DNA from: Malacoraja senta
Taxonomy: Eukaryota
Assembly: GCA_038087875.1 (NCBI GenBank)
Contig: CM075979.1
Span: 39,680,001-39,744,000 of the forward strand
Length of the DNA stretch: 64,000 bases
Reading direction: 5' to 3'
Shown: positions 27,901-42,900 of the stretch, piece by piece
Numbering within the stretch: the first letter of the stretch is position 1
How the letters are laid out: each line of letters starts with the position of its first letter
Translations under genes and position numbers: made by a program
The notes under the pieces: generated by a model
The model's input: the letters and a program-made list of their open reading frames with translations, nothing else
The model's database searches: none
What the model was told of the DNA's origin: nothing

Positions 27901-30900
27901 GTTTAAAATCACCGGAGGCTTCTTCCTCCAACCACTGAGCAACAGGATATATTTGATTCAAATGCTCCTTAAATGCAACATCATGTTACGATAAAGTTCA
28001 ACACCCCTACATTGTGCTTGACAGCAGCATTGATCAGAGAGGTTTGCTCACAATGTGGACCTACACTTTTATACTGGAAATGTTGTGGTCCGCCCATGAT
28101 TTCTGTTATGGGCCAGATCATGCCTCCCGTGAAAAAGTTATTTCTGCCCAAAAATGAACTACGCACCTGAGCAACCTTACTGCAATTGCCACTCACTCTT
28201 CTGCTGATTTCTGTATTATATTCTCTCCGCGATTCCCTTTTACAAGGCCTGCCAGCCACAAGCTACGATATGAAATCACGCACTGTGTTTGATCAAAGGA
28301 GGTACATCATTTCTTGATTCTTGATGCAAACACTTTGAAATTACAATCTGAATTTCTTTTCTTTGCCTCCAGGTCAGGCAACTGTGACGTCTACAGGTAA
28401 ATCAGGCCTCTGTAACTTCATTCTGTGTACTGAAGATTGTAAAGTTATGAAGTACACAGGAAAATGTGAAAGTACAACCAGACCAGCAGAAACTACAACA
28501 GCAGCTACAACAGTGACAGTAACACCAACGTCAAGAGGAACTACCACATGTACCTGTGAGAATGACGGGCGAATAATGTTACCTGGTAAGTGTGTCAATT
28601 ATCACAGAGCTCTTCCATGAACATTGAAAAGACAAAGAAATCCATAATCCCAGGGCTCAAAATGGCAGCAGCATTGATTGGTAATGGATGGCAAATAATC
28701 ACACCCTTGCTTTTCATTGGGTAAACGTATGTCCACCCATTTCCAAGTTTAATTGTACACGCCTGATCACGCACCTTCAGGAGACATTGCCATCTCCTCG
28801 CAATAATGAATCATGCAACTGAGTATCCGTTCTGCAGTTGTCAAGTAATTGTCTGCTGATTCCTGTATTGTGCTTTTACATTCACTCTACAATTCCCTTT
28901 TACACAGCCTGTCAGCAGTAACCGGCTTTGCCAAAATGTTATGCTTCACAACCAGACCATGGTGCTTGCACAGATGTGGTTCAGAACGTCCCGATCCTTG
29001 ACGCATTCTGCGAAATAATATTCTCATATTTCAAACATACTTACTAAGTGAAATGCATGAACCAGGGTCATCAGCAGAGATAAAGATTTTTTTTTTTTTA
29101 AATTTAAAAAATATTTTTATTTTATTAGAATTAAGTACAATCGTATGGCACCAAAGTCCCTAATATATATTTTCATAATACATTTTATGTACAGCTTCTT
29201 ATTTTTTTATTATAATAAAGAAGAATAAGAAAAATAAATCAGATAATAAAGTATAGAAAAACGTGAGATATATAGTGTGTGAAAAAGTAGAAAAAAGAAT
29301 GAAAGAAGAAAGTTAAAGAAAAGAAAAGTAAGGAGATCATTATTTATACTCTTGACCATCCCTCACCCAGTCCCGAGACAATCAGCTTTTACAATTGTGT
29401 TGCACCATATGATTCCAAAAAGACGACAAATGGGGACCAACTCGTTATGAATTGGTCTGGTTTATCTATTAGGAGGAATCGCATTTCCTCAAGATGTGTG
29501 GTATCCAACATGCTTGCAATCCACTTTTTGAGCGAGAGATAAAGATATAACATGCAGGTTCACAAACCCTGATTTTCTTTACTTTGCCTCCAAGTCAGGC
29601 AATGTTGATGTCTGTCGGTAAATCAGGGCTGTGTAACTTTACTCTGTGTACTAAGGTTCAAATGATTATGGGCCAAACACAGGTAAATGGGACATTCAAT
29701 TAGGTAATTTGGTTAACTTGGATGAGTTTCAATGCTGTATATCACTATGACTCTGGTGGATTGGATTTGAGAGGCAGTTCCTGCACCTAGTGTGTGTATG
29801 TCTACATGGTGGCTGTTGGTGTTGTTCCAAATCTCAGAATGAATCTTGGAATATTGTGAAACTTAAAGAGTCTGTAAAGATAATTTGGAGAACTGATGTT
29901 AAGTTACACATGAATCCTTAAGGAGCCATCACTATATCTGGGAAATGTCTGGAAATGAGGAGTCCCTGAAAGCACTGATGTCCAAAAGCTACCAATGTCA
30001 AACACAATCAAGGAAAACTGATTTTCATTTTTTGTATCCATTCATCCCAGTTGAAAAAAAGTGTGTTTGTTTGCATTAATGACAGAGCTGGAAGAACTGC
30101 TGCCAACCAGCTCCAAAAACGCAGACAATGCTGTTTGCTCAGATTTGGTTCAGAACATCCTGATCCTTGATGCAGACAGCAAAATAATATTCACATATTT
30201 CAAACTTATTTCCCAAGTGAAAGACAAGAACCAGCTTCAACATCATACATAAAGATAGTCATCAGTTGCATCACCTTGACCTGTACACAACCTGATTTTT
30301 TTTCATTGCCTCCAGGTCAGGCAACTGTGACTTCTGCAGGTAAATCAGGCCTCTGTAACTTTACTCTGTGTACTGAGGATTGTGAAGTTCTGAAGTACAC
30401 AGGAAGATGTGAAACTACAACCAGACCAGCAGAAACCACAACATCAGCTACAACAGTGACAGTAACACCAACGTCAAAAGGAACTACAATCTGTTCATGT
30501 GATGTTGACGGACATATAATGTCACCAGGTAAGTGTGTCAGTAATCAAAGTGCTCTTCTGTTCACATTCCAAAGAAAGAGCTTTACAGCTGTCTCTTGGG
30601 TAGACAAAAATGCTGGTGAGACTCAGCAGGTGAGGCAGCATCTATGGGACCTACATCTGTCTCTTGCTAAGTGCAGATGATAGCAAGATATGCATCCAAT
30701 TATGAAGTTGATGCACAGTTCTAAACATGTCAACATAAATTATAGAATCTTTTTGCATTCTTATTTTTTCCATTTGAGTTAATGTGGTTGAAGCTTTTAA
30801 TAGTTTAAAATCACTGGAGGCTTCTTCCTCCAACCACTGAGCAACAGGATATATTTGAATCAAATGCTCCTTAAATGCAACATCTTGTTACGATAAAGTT

Positions 30901-33900
30901 CAACACCCCTACATTGTGCTTGACAGCAGCATTGATCAGAGAGGTTTGCTCACAATGTGGACCTACACTTTTATACTGGAAATATTGTGGTCCGCCCATG
31001 GTTTCTGTTATGGGCCAGATCATGCCTCCCGTGAAAAAAGTTATTTCTGCCCAAAAATGAACTACGCAACTGAGCAACCTTAATGCAATTGCCGCTCACT
31101 CTTCTGCTGATTTCTGTATTATATTCTCTCCGCAATTCCCTTTTACAAGGCCTGCCAGCCACAAGCTACGATATGAAATCACGCACTGTGTTTGATCAAG
31201 GGAGGTACATCATTTCTTGATTCTTGATGCAAACACTTTGAAATTACAACCTGATTTACTTTTCTTTGCCTCCAGGTCAGGCAACTGTGACGTCTACAGG
31301 TAAATCAGGCCTCTGTAACTTTATTCTGTGTACTGAAGATTGTAAAGTTATGAAGTACACAGGAAGATGTGAAAGTACAACCAGACCAGCAGAAACTACA
31401 ACATCAGCTACAACAGTGACAGTAACACCAATGTCAAGAGGAACTACCACATGTACCTGTGAGAATGACGGGCGAATAATGTTACCTGGTAAGTGTGTCA
31501 ATTATCACAGAGCTCTTCCATTCACATTGAAAAGACAAAGACATCCATAATCCCAAAGCTGAAAATAGCAGCAGCATTGATTGGTAATGGATGGCAAATA
31601 ATCACACCCTTGCTTTTCATTGGGAAAACGTATCTCCACCCATTTCCAAGGTTAATTGTACACGCCTGATCACGCACCTTCAGGAGACATAGCCATCTCC
31701 TCGCAATAATGAATCATGCAACTGAGTATCCGTTCTGCAGTTGTCAAGTAATCGTCTGCTGATTCCTGTATTGTGCTTTTACATCCACTCTACAATTCCC
31801 TTTTACACAGCCTGTCAGCAGCAACCGGCTTTGCCAAAATGTTATGCTTCACAACCAGACCATGGTGCTTGCACAGATGTGGTTCAGAACGTCCCGATCC
31901 TTGATGCATTCTGCAAAATAATATTCTCATATTTCAAACTTACTTACTAAGTGAAATGCATGAACCAGGGTCATCAGCAGAGATAAAGATATAACATGCA
32001 AGTTCACAAACCCTGATTTTCTTTACTTTGTCTCCAGGTCAGGCAATGGTGATTTCTGCCGGTAAATCAGGGCTGTGTAACTTTACTCTGTGTACTAAGG
32101 TTCAAATGATTATGGGACAAACACAGGTAAATGGGACATTCAATTAGGTAATTTGGTTAGCTTGGATGAGTTTCAATGCTGCACTACACTATGACTCTGG
32201 TGGATTGGATTTGAGAGGCAGTTCCTGCTCCGAGTGTGTGTATGTCTACATGGTGGCTGTTGGTGTTGTTCCAAATCTCAGAATGAATCTTGGAATATTG
32301 TGAAACTTAAAGAGTCTGGAAAGAGAATTTGGAGAACTGATGTTAAGCTACACATGAGTCCTTAAGGAGCCATCACTATATCTGGGAAATGTCTGGAAAT
32401 GATGAGTCCCTGAAAGCACTGATGTCCAAAAGCTACCAATGTCAAACACCATCAAGGAAAACTGATTCCCATTTTTTGTATCCATTCATCCCAGTTGGAA
32501 AAAAAATGTGTTTGTTTGCATTAATGACAGAGCTAGAAGAACCGCTGCCAACCAGCTCCAAAAACGCAGACAATGCTGTTTGCTCAGATTTGGTTCAGAA
32601 CATCCTGATCCTTGATGCAGACAACAAAATAATATTCACATATTTCAAACTTATTTCCCAAGTGAAAGACAAGAACCAGCTTCAACATCATACATAAAGA
32701 TAGTCATCAGTTGCATCACCTTGACGTGTACACAACCTGATTTTTTTTTCTTTGCCTCCAGGTCAGGCAACTGTGACTTCTGCAGGTAAATCAGGCCTCT
32801 GTAACTTTACTCTGTGTACTGAGGATTGTGAAGTTCTGAAGTACACAGGAAGATGTGAAACTACAACCAGACCAGCAGAAACCACAACATCAGCTACAAC
32901 AGTGACAGTAACACCAACGTCAAAAGGAACTACAATCTGTTCATGTGATGTTGACGGACATATAATGTCACCAGGTAAGTGTGTCAGTAATCAGTGCTCT
33001 TCTGTTCACATTCCAAAGAAAGAGCTTTACGGCTGTCTCTTGGGTAGACAAAAATGCTGGTGAGACTCAACGGGTGAAGCAGCATCTATGGAACCTACAT
33101 CTGTCTCTTGCTAAGTGCAGATGATAGCAAGAAATGCATCCAATTATGAAGTTGATGCACAGTTCTAAACATGTCAACATAAATTATAGAATCTTTTTGC
33201 ATTCTTATTTTTTCCATTTGAGTTAATGTGGTTGAAGCTCTTAATAGTTTAAAATCACCGGAGGCTTCTTCCTCCAACCACTGAGCAACAGGATATATTT
33301 GATTCAAATGCTCCTTAAATGCAACATCATGTTACGATAAAGTTCAACACCCCTACATTGTGCTTGACAGCAGCATTGATCAGAGAGGTTTGCTCACAAT
33401 GTGGACCTACACTTTTATACTGGAAATGTTGTGGTCCGCCCATGATTTCTGTTATGGGCCAGATCATGCCTCCCGTGAAAAAGTTATTTCTGCCCAAAAA
33501 TGAACTACGCACCTGAGCAACCTTACTGCAATTGCCACTCACTCTTCTGCTGATTTCTGTATTATATTCTCTCCGCGATTCCCTTTTACAAGGCCTGCCA
33601 GCCACAAGCTACGATATGAAATCACGCACTGTGTTTGATCAAAGGAGGTACATCATTTCTTGATTCTTGATGCAAACACTTTGAAATTACAATCTGAATT
33701 TCTTTTCTTTGCCTCCAGGTCAGGCAACTGTGACGTCTACAGGTAAATCAGGCCTCTGTAACTTCATTCTGTGTACTGAAGATTGTAAAGTTATGAAGTA
33801 CACAGGAAAATGTGAAAGTACAACCAGACCAGCAGAAACTACAACAGCAGCTACAACAGTGACAGTAACACCAACGTCAAGAGGAACTACCACATGTACC

Positions 33901-36900
33901 TGTGAGAATGACGGGCGAATAATGTTACCTGGTAAGTGTGTCAATTATCACAGAGCTCTTCCATGAACATTGAAAAGACAAAGAAATCCATAATCCCAGG
34001 GCTCAAAATGGCAGCAGCATTGATTGGTAATGGATGGCAAATAATCACACCCTTGCTTTTCATTGGGTAAACGTATGTCCACCCATTTCCAAGTTTAATT
34101 GTACACGCCTGATCACGCACCTTCAGGAGACATTGCCATCTCCTCGCAATAATGAATCATGCAACTGAGTATCCGTTCTGCAGTTGTCAAGTAATTGTCT
34201 GCTGATTCCTGTATTGTGCTTTTACATTCACTCTACAATTCCCTTTTACACAGCCTGTCAGCAGTAACCGGCTTTGCCAAAATGTTATGCTTCACAACCA
34301 GACCATGGTGCTTGCACAGATGTGGTTCAGAACGTCCCGATCCTTGACGCATTCTGCGAAATAATATTCTCATATTTCAAACATACTTACTAAGTGAAAT
34401 GCATGAACCAGGGTCATCAGCAGAGATAAAGATTTTTTTTTTTTTAAATTTAAAAAATATTTTTATTTTATTAGAATTAAGTACAATCGTATGGCACCAA
34501 AGTCCCTAATATATATTTTCATAATACATTTTATGTACAGCTTCTTATTTTTTTATTATAATAAAGAAGAATAAGAAAAATAAATCAGATAATAAAGTAT
34601 AGAAAAACGTGAGATATATAGTGTGTGAAAAAGTAGAAAAAAGAATGAAAGAAGAAAGTTAAAGAAAAGAAAAGTAAGGAGATCATTATTTATACTCTTG
34701 ACCATCCCTCACCCAGTCCCGAGACAATCAGCTTTTACAATTGTGTTGCACCATATGATTCCAAAAAGACGACAAATGGGGACCAACTCGTTATGAATTG
34801 GTCTGATTTATCTATTAGGAGGAATCGCATTTCCTCAAGATGTGTGGTATCCAACATGCTTGCAATCCACTTTTTGAGCGAGAGATAAAGATATAACATG
34901 CAGGTTCACAAACCCTGATTTTCTTTACTTTGCCTCCAAGTCAGGCAATGTTGATGTCTGTCGGTAAATCAGGGCTGTGTAACTTTACTCTGTTTACTAA
35001 GGTTCAAATGATTATGGGTCAAACACAGGTAAATGGGACATTCAATTAGGTAATTTGGTTAGTTTGGATGAGTTTCAATGCTGTATAACACTATGACTCT
35101 GGTGGCTTGGATTTGAGAGGCAGTTCCTGCTCCTAGTGTGTGTATGTCTACATGGTGGCTGTTGGTGTTGTTCCAAATCTCAGAAGAATCTTGGAATATT
35201 GTGAAACTTAAAGAGTCTGGAAAGGGAATTTGGAGAACTGATGTTAAGTTACACATGAGTCCTTAAGGAGCCATCACTATATCTGGGAAATGTCTGGAAA
35301 TGATGAGTCAAGCAGTTCCCTGAAAGCACCAATGTCCAAAAGCTACCAATGTCAAACACCATCAAGGAAATCTGATTCCCATTTTTTGTATCCATTCATC
35401 CCAGTTGAAAAAGATTGTGTTTTTTGCATTATTGACAGACCTAGAAGAATCGCTGCCAACCAGCTCCAAAAACGCAGACAATGCTGTTTGCTCAGATTTG
35501 GTTCAGAACATCCTGATCCTTGATGCAGTCGGCAAAATAATATTCGCATATTTCAAACTTATTTCCCAAGTGAAATTTCCCAACATCATACATAAAGATA
35601 GTCACCAGTTACATCACCTTCAGGTGGACACAATCTGATTTTTTTTTCTTTTTGCTTCCAGGTCAGGCAACTGTGACTTCTGCAGGTAAATCAGGCCTCT
35701 GTAACTTTACTCTGTGTACTGAGGATTGTGAAGTTCTGAAGTACACAGGAAGATGTGAAACCACGACCAGACCAGCAGAAACCACAACATCAACTACAAT
35801 AGTGACAGTAACACCAACGTCAAAAGGAACTACAATCTGTTCATGTGATGTTGACGGACATATAATGTCACCAGGTAAGTGTGTCAGTAATCAAAGTGCT
35901 CTTCTATTCACATTTCAAAGTAAGAGGTTTACCTCAGTCTTTAGCTTTGTGCAGATGATTGCAAGAAATGCATCAGATTATGAAGCTGATGCATTATACT
36001 ATACGTCAACAAAAATTATCGCAACTTATTGCTTTCAATGAATTTCCGTTTGAGTTAATGAGATCAAAGTTTTTCATAGCTCCAATGCGACCTTCTTCCT
36101 TGCAACCATAGAGCTACAGGATATATTTGGTTCAAATGCTCCTTAAATTCAACATCATATTACGATACAGTTCAACATCCCTACATTGAGATTAGCAGCA
36201 GAATTGATCAGTAGAGGTTTGTACACAATTCCGAACCTCCACATCTGTACTAGAAATTCTGTGGTCCACCCGATCCCATGGCTGTGTTATGGGCCTGATC
36301 ATGCCCCGCTGAAAATGATATTTCTTCACAAAAATACACGATGCAACTAAGCAACCTTACTGTAATCCCCGTTAACTCTTCTGCTGGATTCTGTGTTGAG
36401 TTTTTCCATTCTATCGGCAATGCCATTTTGCAAGGCCTGCCAACCACAAGCTACGATATGAAAACACACACTGGTATTTTTCAGGGGAGGGACAGAATTT
36501 ATTGATTCTTGAGACAAACACATTGAAATTACATTAGAGCCTCCTCAACAATTCTGCACAACTGAAATATTCATATTCAACATCATACATAAAGATATTT
36601 ATCAGTTACATCACCTTCAGGTGTACACAACCTGATTTTAATGTTTGGTCTCCAGGTCAGGCAACTGTGACGTCTACAGGTAAATCAGGCCTCTGTAACT
36701 TTATTCTGTGTACTGAAGATTGTAAAGTTATGAAGTACACAGGAAGATGTGAAAGTACAACCAGACCAGCAGAAACTACAACAGCAGCTACAACAGTGAC
36801 AGTAACACCAACGTCAAGAGGAACTACCACATGTACCTGTGAGAATGACGGGCGAATAATGTTACCTGGTAAGTGTGTCAATTATCACAGAGCTCTTCCA

Positions 36901-39900
36901 TGAACATTGAAAAGACAAATAAATCCATAATCCCAGGGCTGAAAATGGTAGCAGCATTGATTGGTAATGGATGGCAAATAATCACACGCTTTTCATTCGG
37001 AAAACGTATGTCCACCCATTTCCAAGGTTAATTGTACACGCCTGATCACGCACCTTCAGGAGACATTGCCATCTCCTCGCAATAATGAATCATGCAACTG
37101 AGTATCCGTTGTGCAGTTGTCAAGTAATCGTCTGCTGATTCCTTTATTGTGCTTTTACATTCACTCTACAATTCCCTTTTACACAGCCTGTCAGCAGTAA
37201 CCGGCTTTGCCAAAATGTTATGCTTCACAACCAGACCCTGGTGCTTGCACAGATGTGGTTCAGAACGTCCCGATCCTTGATGCATTCTGCGAAATAATAT
37301 TCTCATATTTCAAACATACTTACTAAGTGAAATGCATGAACCAGGGTCATCAGCAGAGATAAAGATTATTTTTTTTTTTTTTAAATTTAAAAATATTTTT
37401 ATTTTATTAGAATTAAGTACAATCGTATGGCACCAAAGTGCCTAATATATATTTTCATAATACATTTTATGTACAGCTTCTTATTTTTTTATTATAATAA
37501 AGAAGAATAAGAAAAAGAAATTAGATAATAAAGGATAGAAAAACGTGAGATATATAGTGTGTGAAAAAGTAGAAAAAAGAATGAAAGAAGAAAGTTAAAG
37601 AAAAGAAAAGTAAGGAGATCATTATTTATACTCTTGACCATCGCTCGCCCAGTCCCGAGACAATTAGCTTTTACAATTGTGTTGCACCATATGATTCCAA
37701 AAAGACGACAAATGGGGACCAACTCGTTATGAATTGGTCTGATTTATCTATTAGGAGGAATCGCATTTCCTCAAGATGTGCGGTATCCAACATGCTTGCA
37801 ATCCACATTTTGAGCGAGAGATAAAGATATAACATGCAGGTTCACAAACCCTGATTTTCTTTACTTTGCCTCCAAGTCAGGCAATGCTGATGTCTGCCGG
37901 TAAATCAGGGCTGTGTAACTTTACTCTGTTTACTAAGGTTCAAATGATTATGGGTCAAACACAGGTAAATGGGACATTCAATTAGGTAATTTGGTTAGTT
38001 TGGATGAGTTTCAATGCTGTATAACACTATGACTCTGGTGGATTGGATTTGAGAGGCAGTTCCTGCTCCTAGTGTGTGTATGTCTACATGGTGGCTGTTG
38101 GTGTTGTTCCAAATCTCAGAAGAATCTTGGAATATTGTGAAACTTAAAGAGTCTGTAAAGAGAATTTGGAGAACTGATGTTAAGTTACACATGAGTCCTT
38201 AAGGAGCCATCACTATATCTGGGAAATGTCTGGAAATGATGAGTCAAGCAGTTCCCTGAAAGCACCAATGTCCAAAAGCTACCAATGTCAAACACCATCA
38301 AGGAAATCTGACTCCCATTTTTTGTATCCATTCATCCCATTTGAAAAAGATTGTGTTTGTTTGCATTATTGACAGACCTAGAAGAACCACTGCCAACCAG
38401 CTCCAAAAACGCAGACGATGCTGTTTGCTCAGATTTGGTTCAGAACATCCTGATCCTTGATGCAGTCGGCAAAATAATATTCGCATATTTCAAACTTATT
38501 TCCCAAGTGAAAGACATGAACCAGCTACATAAAGATAGTCACCAGTTACATCACCTTCAGGTGGACACAATCTGATTTTTTTTTTCTTTTTGCTTCCAGG
38601 TCAGGCAACTGTGACTTCTGCAGGTAAATCAGGCCTCTGTAACTTTACTCTGTGTACTGAGGATTGTGAAGTTCTGAAGTACACAGGAAGATGTGAAACC
38701 ACGACCAGACCAGCAGAAACCACAACATCAACTACAATAGTGACAGTAACACCAACGTCAAAAGGAACTACAATCTGTTCATGTGATGTTGACGGACATA
38801 TAATGTCACCAGGTAAGTGTGTCAGTAATCAAAGTGCTCTTCTATTCACATTTCAAAGTAAGAGGTTTACCTCAGTCTTTAGCTTTGTGCAGATGATTGC
38901 AAGAAATGCATCAGATTATGAAGCTGATGCATTATACTATACGTCAACAAAAATTATCGCAACTTATTGCTTTCAATGAATTTCCGTTTGAGTTAATGAG
39001 ATCAAAGTTTTTCATAGCTCCAATGCGACCTTCTTCCTTGCAACCATAGAGCTACAGGATATATTTCGTTCAAATGCTCCTTAAATTCAACATCATATTA
39101 CGATACAGTTCAACATCCCTACATTGAGATTAGCAGCAGAATTGATCAGTAGAGGTTTGTACACAATTCCGAACCTCCACATCTGTACTAGAAATTCTGT
39201 GGTCCACCCGATCCCATGGCTGTGTTATGGGCCTGATCATGCCCTGCTGAAAATGATATTTCTTCACAAAAATACACGATGCAACTAAGCAACCTTACTG
39301 TAATTCCCGTTAACTCTTCTGCTGGATTCTGTGTTGAGTTTTTCCATTATATCGTCAATGCCATTTTGCAAGGCCTGCCAACCACAAGCTACGATATGAA
39401 AACACACACTGGTATTTTTCAGGGAGGGACAGAATTTATTGATTCTTGAGACAAACACATTGAAATTACATTAGAGCCTCCTCAACAATTCTGCACAACT
39501 GAAATATTCATATCCAACATCATACATAAAGATATTTATCAGTTACATCACCTTCAGGTGTACACAACCTGATTTTAATGTTTTGTCTCCAGGTCAGGCA
39601 ACTGTGACGTCTACAGGTAAATCAGGCCTCTGTAACTTTATTCTGTGTACTGAAGATTGTAAAGTTATGAAGTACACAGGAAGATGTGAAAGTACAACCA
39701 GACCAGCAGAAACTACAACAGCAGCTACAACAGTGACAGTAACACCAACGTCAAGAGGAACTACCACATGTACCTGTGAGAATGACGGGCGAATAATGTT
39801 ACCTGGTAAGTGTGTCAATTATCACAGAGCTCTTCCATGAACATTGAAAAGACAAATAAATCCATAATCACAGGGCTGAAAATGGTAGCAGCATTGATTG

Positions 39901-42900
39901 GTAATGGATGGCAAATAATCACACGCTTTTCATTCGGAAAACGTATGTCCACCCATTTCCAAGGTTAATTGTACACGCCTGATCACGCACCTTCAGGAGA
40001 CATTGCCATCTCCTCGCAATAATGAATCATGCAACTGAGTATCCGTTGTGCAGTTGTCAAGTAATCGTCTGCTGATTCCTTTATTGTGCTTTTACATTCA
40101 CTCTACAATTCCCTTTTACACAGCCTGTCAGCAGTAACCGGCTTTGCCAAAATGTTATGCTTCACAACCAGACCATGGTGCTTGCACAGATGTGGTTCAG
40201 AACGTCCCGATCCTTGATGCATTCTGCGAAATAATATTCTCATATTTCAAACATACTTACTAAGTGAAATGCTTGAACCAGGGTCATCAGCAGAGATAAA
40301 GATTTTTTTTTTTTTAATTTAAAAAAAAAATATTTTTATTTTATTAGAATTAAGTACAATCGTATGGCACCAAAGTGCCTAATACATATTTTCATAATAC
40401 ATTTTATGTACAGCTTCTTATTTTTTTATTATAATAAAGAAGAATAAGAAAAAGAAATTAGATAATAAAGGATAGAAAAACGTGAGATATATAGTGTGTG
40501 AAAAAGTAGAAAAAAGAATGAAAGAAGAAAGTTAAAGAAAAGAAAAGTAAGGAGATCATTATTTATACTCTTGACCATCGCTCGCCCAGTCCCGAGAGAA
40601 TTAGCTTTTACAATTGTGTTGCACCATATGATTCCAAAAAGACGACAAATGGGGACCAACTCGTTATGAATTGGTCTGATTTATCTATTAGGAGGAATCG
40701 CATTTCCTCAAGATGTGCGGTATCCAACATGCTTGCAATCCACATTTTGAGCGAGAGATAAAGATATAACATGCAGGTTCACAAACCCTGATTTTCTTTA
40801 CTTTGCCTCCAAGTCAGGCAATGTTGATGTCTGCCGGTAAATCAGGGCTGTGTAACTTTACTCTGTTTACTAAGGTTCAAATGATTATGGGTCAAACACA
40901 GGTAAATGGGACATTCAATTAGGTAATTTGGTTAGTTTGGATGAGTTTCAATGCTGTATAACACTATGACTCTGGTGGATTGGATTTGAGAGGCAGTTCC
41001 TGCTCCTAGTGTGTGTATGTCTACATGGTGGCTGTTGGTGTTGTTCCAAATCTCAGAAGAATCTTGGAATATTGTGAAACTTAAAGAGTCTGTAAAGAGA
41101 ATTTGGAGAACTGATGTTAAGTTACACATGAGTCCTTAAGGAGCCATCACTATATCTGGGAAATGTCTGGAAATGATGAGTCAAGCAGTTCCCTGAAAGC
41201 ACCAATGTCCAAAAGCTACCAATGTCAAACACCATCAAGGAAATCTGATTCCCATTTTTTGTATCCATTCATCCCAGTTGAAAAAGATTGTGTTTGTTTG
41301 CATTATTGACAGACCTAGAAGAACCATTGCCAACCAGCTCCAAAAACGCAGACGATGCTGTTTGCTCAGATTTGGTTCAGAACATCCTGATCCTTGATGC
41401 AGTCGGCAAAATAATATTCGCATATTTCAAACTTATTTCCCAAATGAAAGACATGAACCAGCTTCAACATCATACATAAAGATAGTCACCAGTTACATCA
41501 CCTTCAGGTGGACACAATCTGATTTTTTTTTCTCTTTGCTTCCAGGTCAGGCAACTGTGACTTCTGCAGGTAAATCAGGCCTCTGTAACTTTACTCTGTG
41601 TACTGAGGATTGTGAAGTTCTGAAGTACACAGGAAGATGTGAAACTACGACCAGACCAGCAGAAACCACAACATCAACTACAATAGTGACAGTAACACCA
41701 ACGTCAAAAGGAACTACAATCTGTTCATGTGATGTTGACGGACATATAATGTCACCAGGTAAGTGTGTCAGTAATCAAAGTGCTCTTCTATTCACATTTC
41801 AAAGTAAGAGGTTTACCTCAGTCTTTAGCTTTGTGCAGATGATTGCAAGAAATGCATCAGATTATGAAGCTGATGCATTATACTATACGTCAACAAAAAT
41901 TATCGCAACTTATTGCTTTCAATGAATTTCCGTTTGAGTTAATGTGGTCAAAGTTTTTCATAGCTCCAATGCGACCTTGTTCCTTGCAACCATAGAGCTA
42001 CAGGATATATTTGGTTCAAATGCTCCTTAAATTCAACATCATATTACGATACAGTTCAACATCCCTACATTGAGATTAGCAGCAGAATTGATCAGTAGAG
42101 GTTTGTACAGAATTCCGAACCTCCACATCTGTACTAGAAATTCTGTGGTCCACCCGATCCCATGGCTGTGTTATGGGCCTGATCATGCCCCGCTGAAAAT
42201 GATATTTCTTCACAAAAATACACGATGCAACTAAGCAACCTTACTGCAATTCCCGTTAACTCTTCTGCTGGATTCTGTGTTGAGTTTTTCCATTCTATCG
42301 GCAATGCCATTTTGCAAGGCCTGCCAACCACAAGCTATGATATGAAAACACACACTGGTATTTTCTCAGGGGAGGGACAGAATTTATTGATTCTTGAGAC
42401 AAACTCATTGAAATTATATTAGAGCCTCCTCAACAATTCTGCACAACTGAAATATTCATATTCAACATCATACATAAAGATATTTATCAGTTACATCACC
42501 TTCAGGTGTACACAACCTGATTTTAATGTTTGGTCTCCAGGTCAGGCAACTGTGACGTCTACAGGTAAATCAGGCCTCTGTAACTTTATTCTGTGTACTG
42601 AAGATTGTAAAGTTATGAAGTACACAGGAAGATGTGAAAGTACAACCAGACCAGCAGAAACTACAACAGCAGCTACAACAGTGACAGTAACACCAACATC
42701 AAGAGGAACTACCACATGTACCTGTGAGAATGACGGGCGAATAATGTTACCTGGTAAGTGTGTCAATTATCACAGAGATCTTCTATTCACATTACAAAGA
42801 CAAAGATTTTGTGCAATGACTCTTGCTGTCTGCAGCTGTATTCTAAAAGTACCTCACATTTTGAAGTTGTTGCTCCAATCCATTTGTCAACCAGATGATA

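Noticed and set aside
1177-42422. Recurrent intronic ORFs (MSSNRLL..., MSGNDES..., MQHLVTI..., MVGRPCK...)
   Set aside because: They recur only because the introns are duplicated; frameshifts and stops differ between copies.
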